From the NCBI GenBank assembly GCA_951406725.2, contig OX597821.1, positions 89,466,001-89,530,000 on the forward strand: DNA of 64,000 bases. The letters run 5' to 3'. The notes below the pieces were generated by a model. The model saw nothing but the letters and a program-made list of their open reading frames with translations, was not told where the DNA came from and did not search any database. The stretch comes from Octopus vulgaris (Eukaryota). Positions 1 to 12,591 of the stretch are shown here, piece by piece (the first letter of the stretch is position 1; each line of letters starts with the position of its first letter). The translations under genes were made by a program, and so were the position numbers.

Positions 1-280
1 GTTTCACACTGGGGTCGATGTAATCGACTTAATCCCTTTGTCTGTCCTTGTTTGTCCCCTCTATGTTTAGCCCCTTGTGAGCAATAAAGAAATATATAGC
101 ATGACTCTTTGATACCAGTGTGTAAGAGGAAGTACAGGAAAAGATTGATAAGAATAATTATTTCAGATACAAGATAAATAAAGTACCAGTTTCGCACTGG
201 GGTCGATGTAATCGACTTAATCCCTTTGTCTGTCCTTGTTTGTCCCCTCTATGTTCAGCCCCTTGTGGGCAATAAAGAAA
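1..280 (+). mobile_element. Two 3' halves of SINE family B (about 1-92 and 176-280)
   Basis: Both match CACTGGGGTCGATGTAATCGACTTAATCCCTTTGTCTGTCCTTGTTTGTCCCCTCT...AATAAAGAAAT of the full copy at 46596-46826. Confidence 0.85.
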
Positions 281-1019
281 TATATATACATATATACATA
301 TGTATACACACTCATGCATAAATATATATAGATGTGTATATCTATATATCTATATATATATATATTTATATTTGTATGTGTGTGTATGTGTGCATGTATA
401 TGTATGTACATGAATATGTATGTGTGTTTATATATATATATATGTCTGTAAATGAGTGTGAGTGTATGCATGTATTTTACATATGTGTATGCATACATGT
501 TTATATAATCAGACATTTCCGTAATACGCTAAAGAGAACAATTGCACTTTATTTCTCCCCTCACAACATACCCTCCTCTATACGTATGCATAAATACATA
601 ACATAAAAACAAAAAAATTACCATTCCTTACACTTTGCAGACCTTATTCTAGATGCTTCTATCCTACCCACTTCTTCAGCATTTATAAAACAATAGATTT
701 TAAGGGAGGGTACAGGGAACAGTTTGTTTTTTGGGGTTATTTTTTATATCTTTGGGATGTATTTGATCTGTAAGAGAAAAAGGATAGTTAGAAACAAAGG
801 GAGATAATCTGTCTGTGTGTGTGAAGGGAAGAGGTGTGGTGGAAGTTCAGCAAAATATGAGTTTCGATTGGAGAGAAATGATTAGGTCAGCAGACCTTGT
901 GACGAAGGGTGTGCTCTATCGGAGATTGCATTATTTTTCACCCAACTCCTGTCATACAGAGGTTAATTTGGAACTGGAAGCTGTTTTAGGGAGGGGAATA
1001 GGGTAAGTGAAGCTAACAA

Positions 1020-1204
1020 ACTAGATAGATAGATAGATAGATAGACAGATAGATAGATGGATAGATAGACAGAGAGATAGAGAGACAGATAGATAGATGG
1101 ATAGATAGATAGATAGACAGAGAGATAAATAGATAGACAGAGATATAGAGAGACAGAGTGATAGATAGATAGATAGATAGATAGATAAATAGGTACATAG
1201 ATAA

Positions 1205-1288
<84 letters not shown>

Positions 1289-1455
1289 CTAAAAAGACGG
1301 AAAGACAAACACACAGACAGACAGATAGATAGATAGATAGATATATAGATAGATAAAAAGACAGACAGACAGATAGATAGATAGATAGATATATAGATAG
1401 ATAAAAAGACAGAAAGACAGATAGATAGATAAAGAGACAGACAGTCAGATAGATA
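1020..1455. repeat. (GATA)n/(GACA)n microsatellite
   Basis: Direct reading. Confidence 0.95.
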
Positions 1456-1980
1456 CTGGGGTTGGTGGAGAGAAATAGTTAGATTGAAGAAGGGATGTCG
1501 AGAGATGCATGCACCGAAAGATAGATAGTAATAAAGATAGAAACAAAGCTACAGGGTTAAATGATAATCATAGATAGCCAGATATATAGCTAGGTAAATG
1601 CATTAATGAATAGATATGTAGTGATATGGTTACATGATGGAAAGTTAGCAAGCTTGCTAGCTAGTTAGCTAGACAAAGGGATAGATGGAAAGATAGTGAG
1701 AGATGATAGGTAGACAGTGTGAGAGACGGATATAAAGGGAATTATATATAAGAAACATAGATATGTAGATAGATTATGAAAGTATGAGGATTAGAGAGAG
1801 AGAGAGAGAGTGATTTAAGGAGGGAAGAAAGGGTGAGGTAGAAAGCAAGGGAAGGAAAGCAGAATTACAGGAAGAGTAGGAAGGTAAACAGATTAAGGGA
1901 GACTGAGTGAAAAAAAAGGGACAGAGAAACTTAAGGAAATAAAGACAGATAGAGGGTGGTGGACAGTAGAATATGTACTA

Positions 1981-2570
1981 GTGTGTGTGTGTGTGTGTGT
2001 GGAGATGCATGCATGTGTATATGTGTGCGTGTGTGTGTGTGTGGAAATGCATGCGTTTGTATATGTGTGTGTGGAGATGCATGCATACATGTGTATATGT
2101 GTGTGTAGGTGTGTGTGTGTGGAGATGCATGTGTGTGTGTGTGTGGCGATGCATGCATGTGTATATGTGTGTGTATGTGTGTGTGTGTGGAGATGCATGT
2201 GTTTGTATATGTGTGTGTGTGTGTGGACATGCATGCGTGTGTGAATGTGTGTGTGTGGAGATGCATGCGTATATATATATGTGTATATGTGTGTGGAGTT
2301 GCATGCATGTGTATATGTGTGTGTATGTGTGCGTGTGTGAAGATGCATGCGTGTGTATATGTGTGTGTATGTGTGTGTGTGGAGATGCATGCGTTTGTAT
2401 ATGTGTCTGTATGTGTGTGTGGAGATGCATACGTGTGTATATGTGTGTGTGGAGATGCATGCATGTGTATATGTGTGTGTGTGTGGAGATGCATGCGTGT
2501 GTGTATATATGTCTGAATGTGTATATATGTCTGAATGTGTGTGTGTGTGTGTGTATGCAAGTGTGTGTGT
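1981..2570. repeat. Compound minisatellite with a GGAGATGCAT(GC) core embedded in (TG)n
   Basis: Roughly a dozen or more copies of tgtgtGGAGATGCAT spaced about 20-50 bp apart. Confidence 0.9.
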
Positions 2571-3664
2571 AGATGTATGTATGTGAGTGTGAGTTGCCTG
2601 TAGCCTATAATGTTATTAGCATGAGATGGATCAATTTAAAGTTCGGACCTCTTGGGAATCAGAGAGTCATAAGGTAATCTTGCAAAGGCTGCCGCCGCCA
2701 TCGCAGAATGCAAAGCAATTAAACACCCCAGCATTAAAGTGTGTGCCAAACTATGTCAGAGAGCTGCTGGATGAGAGGAATGGGGAGAGGCAAGTTAATT
2801 GGTCAAAGAAGGCGCTGCAGGGGAAGAAGAATGTTCAGTTTTTGTTTGTGTCTGGAATGGCTTTGCATGAAGGCAGAGATTTTTTTTTTTCTAGTTTTTG
2901 GCATTTTCTTTACTTTCTCAGGCAGCATATTTTTACTATTATTACTATAATTATTATTACTATTATTATTATTGTTATTGTCATTGTTGTTATTATTGGT
3001 GGTGACGGTGGTGGTGGTGGTGGTGGTAGTAGTAGTAATAGTAGTAGTAGTAGTAGTAGTAGAGGTAGTAGTGTTATTTTTATTTCTTGTATGCTTTTCT
3101 TTGATTCTCTTGTGAGAGGTTAAAATAAAAAATTATTAAAGAAATCCCCAAAACTAATAAATAATCTGCTTCTTTAGCAATATACCTAGAATTACAGAGG
3201 GGACAGAATAAAGGGAGAGAGAGGCAAAGGGAGAGAAAGAGGGAGATAGAGAGGGAGCATGCGGGCAGGCAGGCAAGCAGACAGACGGGCAAGAGAGGTG
3301 GTGCAAGGAGCTGGTATTAAAGTTATCACTTCGGTGGTTCTTGATGTGATATGATTGGTTAGCTGCTCTGACATGTTAATCACCTAACGGTGGGTGCAAG
3401 TAGGGTCGGCAATAGATTTTTTTTATATTTGTCTAGCATGCATATGATGTGTGTAGAGTGTGATGGAGAGTAATGTGTGACCGTGGTGGCAGTAGATTGA
3501 CTACCATTAAGATCAGAAAGGCCCAGCCGTAACATGCATGCCTGATGTATGTATGTACGTATGAACGTTACAGGAGCTTAGAATAACAATGATCAAAGTG
3601 TGTGTGTGTCTGTGTTAGGTTTTGTATGTGTATGTGTGTGCTGATATATACATACACACACACG

Positions 3665-3917
<253 letters not shown>

Positions 3918-4229
3918 CATACATTCATGCTAGCATACATACATATATATATGTATGTATGCTAGCATGAATGTATTTATATTTTGCATGAGCTATACAC
4001 ATATATATGCTTGCATGTAAGTGTTTATTATTTACACATATAACATTAGATACACATGCAAACACACACACACACATATGCACATACACATGATTGCACA
4101 TACACATTCACAAACATATATTCATATGCACACGCATACACATTTTCACATGCATATATACATTTATATACTTTTTGAGTTATTTACTTTGTAATATTAG
4201 AATCCAACATGGCCAGAAGTCAATGGTTC

Positions 4230-4490
4230 AAATCAGGTAAGATCTTCACATACAAACAACCCTACACCACCACTATCATTCATCCATCATTGCCACATAC
4301 AAAAGGAGCACAGCATTTTCAAAGCATATTTGGAAATAGAAAGTACATCAGATCTTTTTATACAGTGTTAGATAAAGCAAAGGTGGTTATGAATTAATCA
4401 GAGTCCTGCTATCTCTGTATTTCAGAGGAACTCCACATCATCCAGTGTTCAAGCTAATCTAAGATAAAACAGCATGCAAGCATCAATTTG
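4230..4490 (+). mobile_element. Penelope-like element (PLE) GIY-YIG endonuclease C-terminal fossil
   Basis: Frameshifted translation TYKQPY..HYHSS...STAFSKHIWK*K...VLDKAK...SESCYLCISEELHII resembles PLE FKxRYxxHxxSF...TxLSKHIWxLK...CxLCxxEKxxI. Confidence 0.6.
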
Positions 4491-4752
4491 GTGAGATGTT
4501 ACTATATTGGATCAAGTTTGCAATGTGAAAACAATTGGGAATGCAATCAAGTTTACCTGACCCATTCCACTTTATTTAGTTAAAAAGAAACATCGCAATA
4601 ATAATTCTAAAGGTAGGCTTAAATCAAAGTTTTATAACATAAGTTCATCCTGCAATCATCTGGCTGTAGAAATTCTACCTCAACAACAAATTCTATTTCA
4701 CCCATGCAAGCATTGAAAACATGAAAAATATGATGATTATCTCTCTGTGTGT

Positions 4753-4822
<70 letters not shown>

Positions 4823-4832
4823 ATATATATAA

Positions 4833-5105
4833 CGGGAAGCTTTATGAAAATAAACAAAAGACGAAGGCAAGTGGAGTACAAACACACAATTGTATTAGTA
4901 TGTCGCTCAGGAATATAAATAAAACAAGTCTTTTACATTTCGAGCCTACGCTCGTCAACAGATTCAAGAAAAAAACAAAAGATGTAGACAGGTGGTGTGG
5001 AAAACAAACAGATGTATTAGTATAATGCTCAGGAAGTGAAAAAGTCTTTTACATTTCGAGCCTATGCTCTTCTACAGAAAGGGACACAGAAAAAAACAAG
5101 GAGGG
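4833..5105 (-). mobile_element. Tandem (about 116 bp period) PLE terminal-repeat-like dimer with a hammerhead-like motif
   Basis: Minus strand TTGACGAGCGTAGGCTCGAAATGTA and TAGAAGAGCATAGGCTCGAAATGTA; lies 3' of the minus-strand PLE fossil; further copies at 16285-16430 (+) and about 22780-22840 (partial). Confidence 0.6.
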
Positions 5106-5124
5106 AAACAATACACATGCATGC

Positions 5125-5165
<41 letters not shown>

Positions 5166-5449
5166 ATAAAAAAGCATATATCAGAAAGAAGCACACTCTA
5201 AAAAGTAGAGCAGTAATTATTCCAACAAAATTTTATATAGAGCTACCCAAGGTTTCATACACACACAAAGCCACAACGCCTTGTGGACAGCTCGACAGAT
5301 TCTATATGAATACAAAATTTTAAAATATTCATGTCGCAGACATGAGGAAATGTTCAGAACTTCAGGAATACATAAAAAATGTTAATGAGAATGGATTATT
5401 TCCCCTTAATCAGAGTGGGGAAGACCCTTTATAGACTCAGAGAGGTTTA

Positions 5450-6560
5450 ATGAGCAAATGGGGAGCTCCAATTTTCTAGTAAGTAGTGCTTGAAGTGGAT
5501 GCATTTAGAAATGGCTGTTTAATGTACCAGGCTTCTTCTAGTCTTTAATAATTTGGGTTCTTTCTGCAATGTAGATCTTACAACGGCCACTTCCATTAAT
5601 ACACAGACCCCAAAAAAATCAATTAATTTCCATCTGATATCACACGGGGTCCCTTAATCTTTGAGGTGTCACACATGGCGAGCCAGGGTAGGTGACACAA
5701 AGTCTTTCTGGGACTCTGAAGGATGATGGGTGGTTAAGTAAAGATTTCTTGAATGAAATACTTGCTGAACCAATATATTTATAAACATATTATGAGACCC
5801 TGTTTGCACTCCTGGTAACATATGGCATGGGGCTGGTCATCCCATCGGTGTTGAAGGTGAATGTTTGGTCTTCATCTGAGGTGGTAGAATTGAGAATGGT
5901 TGCAGTTATTTGTTTTGTTTTTCTTCAATTTCTGCAATTTCAACCAATCAGTGACGTCTATTGAGGTGAAAACATTCTGTGCCGTATGAATATGTCCCTC
6001 GTTTAAGAAACAGATTGGGTATGTTTACATTTCTGAAGAAAAAAAGATACTGTTATTACGGATATTAGGTCTAGGTATCACGGTAGCCTCATAGATAAAC
6101 CCCTTTAGCATTGCATTGGCCTCCTACTGGACAGTTATGATATATACCCTACAAGAGCAACCTGTCTCCTCCCTTGTATTGTGGGTACTTGATAAAATGC
6201 TTTTTTATGTTAGGTGCACAACTAAAGGAGACTCTTAGGTTGTGTCTGTTAAACAAATTCCTGTATCTATGTGTGTATGTGTGTAAAATGTTTGTCTATT
6301 AATCTAAGGAAAACCTTTCCCACACAAGTCTTGACATTGAGTGAGAAGGGTGGAGCAAACCAAACGACATTTCTATGGCACTTCTTTTTCTGGGTGCTAG
6401 GGCCAGATATGTAGGGGATGCAGTCCTTAAGCCCACTCAGTAAGAAGAGCAAAAGAAACTGACACAGATTCCCCAAACCCAACCTATGAGTGGCTCAGCG
6501 AAAATTTGAAGGACATTTCAGAGATTCTCCACCTGAGATTCTTTAGGTGAACGGACGCAT
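5450..6560 (-). mobile_element. Penelope-like retroelement fossil (RT-EN linker and GIY-YIG endonuclease), interrupted by an insertion at about 5800-6050
   Basis: Minus-strand frames read RNVVWFAPPFSLNVKTCVGKVFLRLIDKHF, RNLFNRHNLRVSFSCAPN, CSCR..NCPVGGQC, FIYEATV, YIGSASISFKKSLLNHPSSF, TLARHV*HLKD, IRWKLI, ISKCIHFKHYLL: the PLE motif order, with stops and frameshifts. Confidence 0.85.
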
Positions 6561-6771
6561 ACTCTTGGGTGTATGCATTGATAATTCAACCAATACACCA
6601 AACACAGCTACATATTTACAAACACCGGGAACTGTCTTATCTTTAAAAGTCTTGTCGCTTTGTTAGCAACTCGCTTGAACTCCCTTAAGAACTTAAACAA
6701 AATTCATACATGCATACACACTCACACACACACACACATGTATATATATATATATATATGTATATTATTTC

Positions 6772-6817
6772 CATCCTCATCCTCACCACCACCACCACCA
6801 CCACCACCACCACCACC

Positions 6818-6893
<76 letters not shown>

Positions 6894-7035
6894 CCATCAT
6901 CATCATCACCATCATCATCATCACCATCATCATCATCACCATCATCATCACCATCATCATCACCACCACCACCACCACCAACACACACCAACACCGCCAC
7001 CACCGCCATTGTCATCATCGTCATTACCATCATCA
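6772..7035. repeat. (CAT)n/(CAC)n trinucleotide array, the expanded tail of the adjacent family C copy
   Basis: Abuts the minus-strand family C 3' end at about 7035. Confidence 0.9.
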
Positions 7036-7230
7036 TTTCATGTTCAGGTTCCACATTTGTATGGGCTGGAAGTTAGACAAGATCTGACCAGTCCAAGAGA
7101 TGCATCATGCTCCAATGTCCACTTTTGGCATGGATTCCTCTGCTGAATGTCTTTCCTAATGCCAACCACTTCACAATAGGCACTAGATGCATTTTACATG
7201 GCACCAGTACTAGTGTGGTTACCATTCAGC
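7035..7230 (-). mobile_element. Family C (RTE-type LINE 3' UTR) degenerate copy
   Basis: CTTTCCTAATGCCAACCACT is the reverse complement of the AGTGGTTGGCATTAGGAAGGG core. Confidence 0.7.
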
Positions 7231-7519
7231 TTGCAAGACTTTGAATCACAAGAGACATGTCTTTAGCTTGGGAAACGAGGAGTAAAAGTATAAGAGAAAG
7301 AAAGCAAAGAAGAATCGGTCTCTGACTGTAGAAAAGGTAAAATGCAGCTCACATTTTAGAAGAAGGGGTGAAAGTGTTATGGCAGGAGACAGAAAGTGCT
7401 AGAAATAGTGGTAGTGCGTCTGGGTGAATCATGAGGTTATGAGGTGAGTAGAAGTGGGTTGGGAATAATTACAGTAATGCTGAGGTGGTGGTGGTGGTGA
7501 TTTTTTTAACAATGATGTT

Positions 7520-7929
7520 ATGGTGTGGCTGTGTGGTAAGTAGCTTGCAAACCAACCACCTGGTTCCGGGTTCAATCCCACTGCGTGGCATCTTGGGTAA
7601 GTGTCTTCTGCTATAGCCTCGGGCCAACCAAAGCCTTGTGAGTGGATTTAGTAGACGGAAACTGAAAGAAGCCTGTCATATATATGTATATATATATATA
7701 TGTGTGTGTATGTTTGTGTGTCTGTGTTTGTCCCCCTAGCATTGCTTGAAACCAATGCTGGTGTGTTTATGTCCCCGTTACTTAGCGGTTCGGCAAATGA
7801 GACCGATAGAATAAGTACTGGGCTTACAAAGAATAAGTCCCGGGGTCGATTTGCTCGACTAAAGGCAGTGCTCCAGCATGGCCGCAGTCAAATGACTGAA
7901 ACAAGTAAAAGAGTAAAAGAGTAAAAGAG
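7520..7929 (+). mobile_element. SINE family A (tRNA-derived, CORE-like segment, internal TA/TG microsatellite)
   Basis: A-box-like TGGCTGTGTGG, B-box-like GGTTCAATCCC, CTTGGGTAAGTGTCTT, (GAGTAAAA)n tail; about 20 dispersed copies in the window. Confidence 0.9.
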
Positions 7930-9320
7930 GTGGTAGTTATAGCTGGCATTGATTTTTCAGAAGCAATGGCAGAAATGCTTGTAAAAGTCCTGCTGATGCT
8001 GCGACTGCTATTGCAGGCAATGATGATGATGATGAGGAGGAGGAGGAGGAGGATATGGTGGCAAAGGAGGAGAAGAAGAAGGAATTGTCTTTAGTACACA
8101 GCAGGTGATGTTGTTTAACCCCAAGCAGAGCTATAATAAAAGACATTCCATCCTTCTTTTTCAGACTTGAACTACATTACACAATCCACTGTTCATTTCC
8201 TTTTATAAGACAGTTGGGTGTCAGCTGAGTGAGATTCAGCTGCTATTTCTAGCATGTTGTGTGACCATGTAATTCTTTTCCTCGTTGTTGGTGGCTCTGA
8301 GGATAAGAAACATTGTAGTAGTACGACTAGTATTGGCTTTTGGTTTTTGGGATGGTGATGGTGTGGATGGTTGTTGTGGTGGTGGAGGTATTAGTGGCAG
8401 TGGAAATTTAAAAGTAAAAAGAGAAGCAGGTACCAAAAATGAACATTAACTCTTCTTGGAATGTGATTCTGAATCAGATTGCAAATTCCCAAATATGTTA
8501 TTCACTTTACAATCGGAACATTTCAGCAAGAATTCACAGCCATAAACTATTCGCTTTTATTGCTGATGACTTAAAATGTTGCGATGAGTTTGCCAAGAAT
8601 AAGAATGATAAAGGAATATAAGGTAATAAAGTTTAATTCAGTTTTCTTTTTTCCTTTTTAAGTTTATTCATTTATTATTATTATTTTTTTCTTTTCCTAT
8701 GAATAGCCATATATTTAATGTTACCATGCTTCCATGTCATTTCCTTGCCTCATATCTAAAACCTATTGCTCCATTGCGGTGCCTAATCTACCTGCTTGAA
8801 ACGGGGTATAAAAACACTTCAATCTTAATTAGTATATCTATTGCTATCTATATCTATATTGAGACGTTATATACGAGACATTATCTGTCTGTAGCTGTGC
8901 ATGTCTCTTCTGACATAGGCTGCAACCTGTACATGTTCATAGCATAAAATTCTCAATATTATTGAAGTTCTATTTCTCTATTTATTTCTCTTCCTGTGCA
9001 AACAGTTTAACAGTCACACATATCATTGCATAGAGAGTGAGCGACCGATAGAATAAAAGGGAAGAGAAAGAACTGCTTGTACATGTAAGAGGACAAGATA
9101 GATAGTGCAAGCGAGAAAGAGGAAGATGTTAAGTAGCAGCAAAATATTAAGTTTCCACAACTAAAGCAATTATTTATCCTAAACATAAATGCAATTCATA
9201 GCCAGTCTCTTGACAATAAGTGATCAGATCTATCTATGAGCATGTGTGATAATCTCTTTCAACCACAGGTTATGCGAGGATGTGAACTGCAGTTTTCCTG
9301 CCTCTCCCAAACATTACCTG

Positions 9321-9726
9321 TCTTTTACTCTTTTACTTGTTTCTGTCATTTGACTGCGGCCATGCTGGAGCACCATCTTTAGTCGAGCAAATCAACCCCA
9401 GCACTTATTCTTTGTAGGCCTAGTACTTATTTTATTGCTCTCTTTTACCGAACTGCTTAGTTACGGGGACGTAAACACATCAGCATCGGTTGTCAAGCGA
9501 TGTTGGTGGGGACAAATACAGACACACAAACATACACACACACACACACACACATATATATACGACGGGCTTCTTTCAGTTTCTGTCTACCAAATCCACT
9601 CGTAAGGCTTTGGTCGGCCTGAGGCTATAGTAGAAGACACTTGCCCAAGGTGCCATGCAGTGGGAATGAACTCGGAACCATGTGGTTAGTAAGCAAGCTA
9701 CTTACCACACAGCCACTCCTGCGCCT
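9321..9726 (-). mobile_element. SINE family A, full length
   Basis: Reverse-complement match to 7520-7929. Confidence 0.9.
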
Positions 9727-10149
9727 ATGTAAATGAATTTGCAAGAACTGGATACTGAATCTTGAGTATAGGCTATAATTTACCAGAAGACTACTATTTA
9801 TGCTAGGTACAGGCATGGCTATGTGGCTACAGTATTTTCTTTGTTAACATGGGTCTTGAGTTCTATCTCATACCATGGCACCTTTGGGTTAGTCACTGAC
9901 TTGTAAGGAACATTGCTAGATGAAAATTGTATAGAAACCCATCATATATACATATGTATGCATGTATACTTCAATGTAGGTGCATGAGTAGCCATGCACA
10001 CACAGTCTCTTCAGGAGCCTGCTCTGTTTCATCTCTCACATTGTAATCTCATCCCTTAGCGTGAAGATAACCCGCCTACTACTCCAAGGTTTGAGTTCAG
10101 TGAACTTCATGGCAATCACAATTGTGTGTATGGTTCGGAAAAAGCACCT

Positions 10150-10385
10150 ACTCCATGATGTAAACAGGTTGGTGTTAGGTGGGGTATCCAGACATAAAAA
10201 CCATGCCAAAGCATTAGAGCACGATGCAGTCCTTGGATACACTGGTTCCTGTCACCCTGTTCAACCCATGCCAGCTTGGAACATAGACATTAAATGCTGA
10301 TGATGATGATGGAGATAATGATGACGACAACGATGATGATGATGGTGATGATGATGACGACAACGACAACGGTGATGATGATGAT
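10150..10385 (+). mobile_element. Family C degenerate copy with (GAT)n tail
   Basis: GGTTGGTGTTAGGTGGGGTATCCAG...AACCCATGCCAGC...ATTAAATGCTGATGATG. Confidence 0.7.
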
Positions 10386-11139
10386 ACGCTTATTTGTAAG
10401 TATGTTTGTGTGAATATGTGTCTGTATAAATACTTACATTCCTTGCTATGTACATGAAGATTGACATTCCAATCAAAAGAAATCATCACTTCCATTCAAA
10501 AGCTCCATGCTTTTGAACTGATGTGGGGGAAAAAATAATATTCCTTATTTAAAAAAAAGACAAAAACAACTAAGAGTTAATTATAAGAAGAGTATTCAAC
10601 CAAAAAAAAAACAACAAAAAAAAACAACCTCTCTCACTAATACAGATTGGTCCAAAACATATTAGCGTCAAATAATGGATGTAAACCAAATGAACTATGG
10701 AAATTTATTCATTTGAAATCCTATAGGAATTTTGGTAATTTTCTGCTAGAGTTTTGGGTAATTATATTTTTGAATCACATTATTAGGAAAGTTTATTAAT
10801 ATAACACGTTTATATAGCGGAAGTAATAACCACAAGACATTGTCAGTTCAACGTACTTCGTTGTCTGCACTACAAACAATAGTAAACAGTGTTACTGCGA
10901 CCACTTCCATGACTCTCACTGTAGAGTGGCTCTGATGTTTGGAAGGAAGCAGTTGTCCATGAGGAACTGGCAACAGAAACACAGAGAAGACAGCTTGTCT
11001 TTAACGCTGCTTGATTATGGGAAAAGTATTCAGTTGAGTTGGTTGATCCAAACCACACACAGTTATAACCCATCCAAAACCTATGACAGCATGTTGAAAA
11101 TATACACTGAAGACGTGTTGCTTTTGTTGTTTTTGTTGA

Positions 11140-11923
11140 TGATGATGATGTTGCTGATGATGACAACAATGATGACAACGATAATGTTGATGCTGATGAT
11201 AATGGTGCTGATGATGGTGGTGGCAGTGGTGGTGGTGATGGTGGTTGTGGTGGTGATGATGATGGCGATGACGATGGTGGTGGTGGTGGTGGTGGTGGCG
11301 GTGGCTTGGTGGTGGTGGTGGCGGTGGCTTGGTGGTGGTGGTGGTGGTGGTTGTGGTGGTGATGATGATGGCGATGACGATGGTGGTGGTGGTGGTGGTG
11401 GCGGCGGTTGTGGTGGTGATGATGATGGCGATGACGATGGTAGTGGTGGTGGTGGTGGTGGTGGCGGTGGGTTGGTGGTGGTGGTGGCGGTTGTGGTGGT
11501 GATGATGATGGCGATGACGATGGTGGTGGTGGTGGTGTTGGTGGTGATAACGAAAATGGTGATGATGATGATGGGGATGGCGATGACAAGAGTAGGAAAG
11601 ACAACACTGATGATGATAACGATATTTATGAAGATGATGATGTCATCCATATTACCTTGAAGCCACACTCTGTGTGTGTGTGTGTGTATGTGCGTGTGAA
11701 CATATGCTTGAATGTGTTGGTAAGAGGCAACTATCTGATGATGCATAAGTATAATCCAGTACATCTGTGTATTGATGGCTACAAGCATTATTATGTAAGT
11801 GGTGTTGTTGTTGACGATGATGGTAAACGGCAATGATACAGAGAAGAAAAGAGGAAAGCAATACAGATGAGGATGATGATGAGGATGCTGGTGGTGGTGG
11901 TGCTGATGATGATGATGATGATA

Positions 11924-12008
<85 letters not shown>

Positions 12009-12015
12009 CGATGAT
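11140..12015. repeat. Compound (GAT)n/(GGT)n array with a higher-order unit GTTGTGGTGGTGATGATGATGGCGATGACGATGG (4 copies, 11244-11525)
   Basis: Direct reading. Confidence 0.85.
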
Positions 12016-12080
12016 GAAAGTGATGATAGCATTTATATAATTCAAACCAAACATTGTAGAATCGTAACTTGATGTTGAGG

Positions 12081-12122
<42 letters not shown>

Positions 12123-12307
12123 TGTGTGTGAGTGTGCGTGTGTGTGTGTTTCTGTGTAAGTGTGAGTAGCTGATATGAGTGTAGATGTGTGATCTAATGT
12201 GTTTCAGTGTTAACTGGTACGTGCTTGTGTGTTCATGTATGACATGATGTTTGTGTGTGCACGTGTGTGTGTGCTTGTGCGTGTATATATGCATATATAT
12301 ATATATA

Positions 12308-12338
<31 letters not shown>

Positions 12339-12342
12339 GCAG

Positions 12343-12490
12343 GCATCATCGTTTAACGTCTGCTTTCCGCGCTAGCACGGGTTGGACGGTTTGACATTGG
12401 GTGCTTTTTACGTGCCACCTGCACAGGGGCCGGAGGGTCCGGCATCGTCACGATCGGTTCGAGCATTTTAACATGTCAGCGGCACGGGGG
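12343..12490 (-). mobile_element. Family C, internally deleted copy
   Basis: CATCGTTTAACGTC...GCTAGCACGGGTTGGACGG...GGTGCTTTTTACGTGCCACC. Confidence 0.75.
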
Positions 12491-12543
12491 CAACAAGGTC
12501 CGGGGTACTTTGGGGATCCAGGGTACTTTGGGGATCCGGTGTA

Positions 12544-12591
<48 letters not shown>

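Noticed and set aside
2626-3123. 165-aa ORF resembling a membrane protein
   Set aside because: The hydrophobic and Gly/Ser segments derive from (ATT)n, (GGT)n and (AGT)n repeats; the N-terminal part has no recognisable homology
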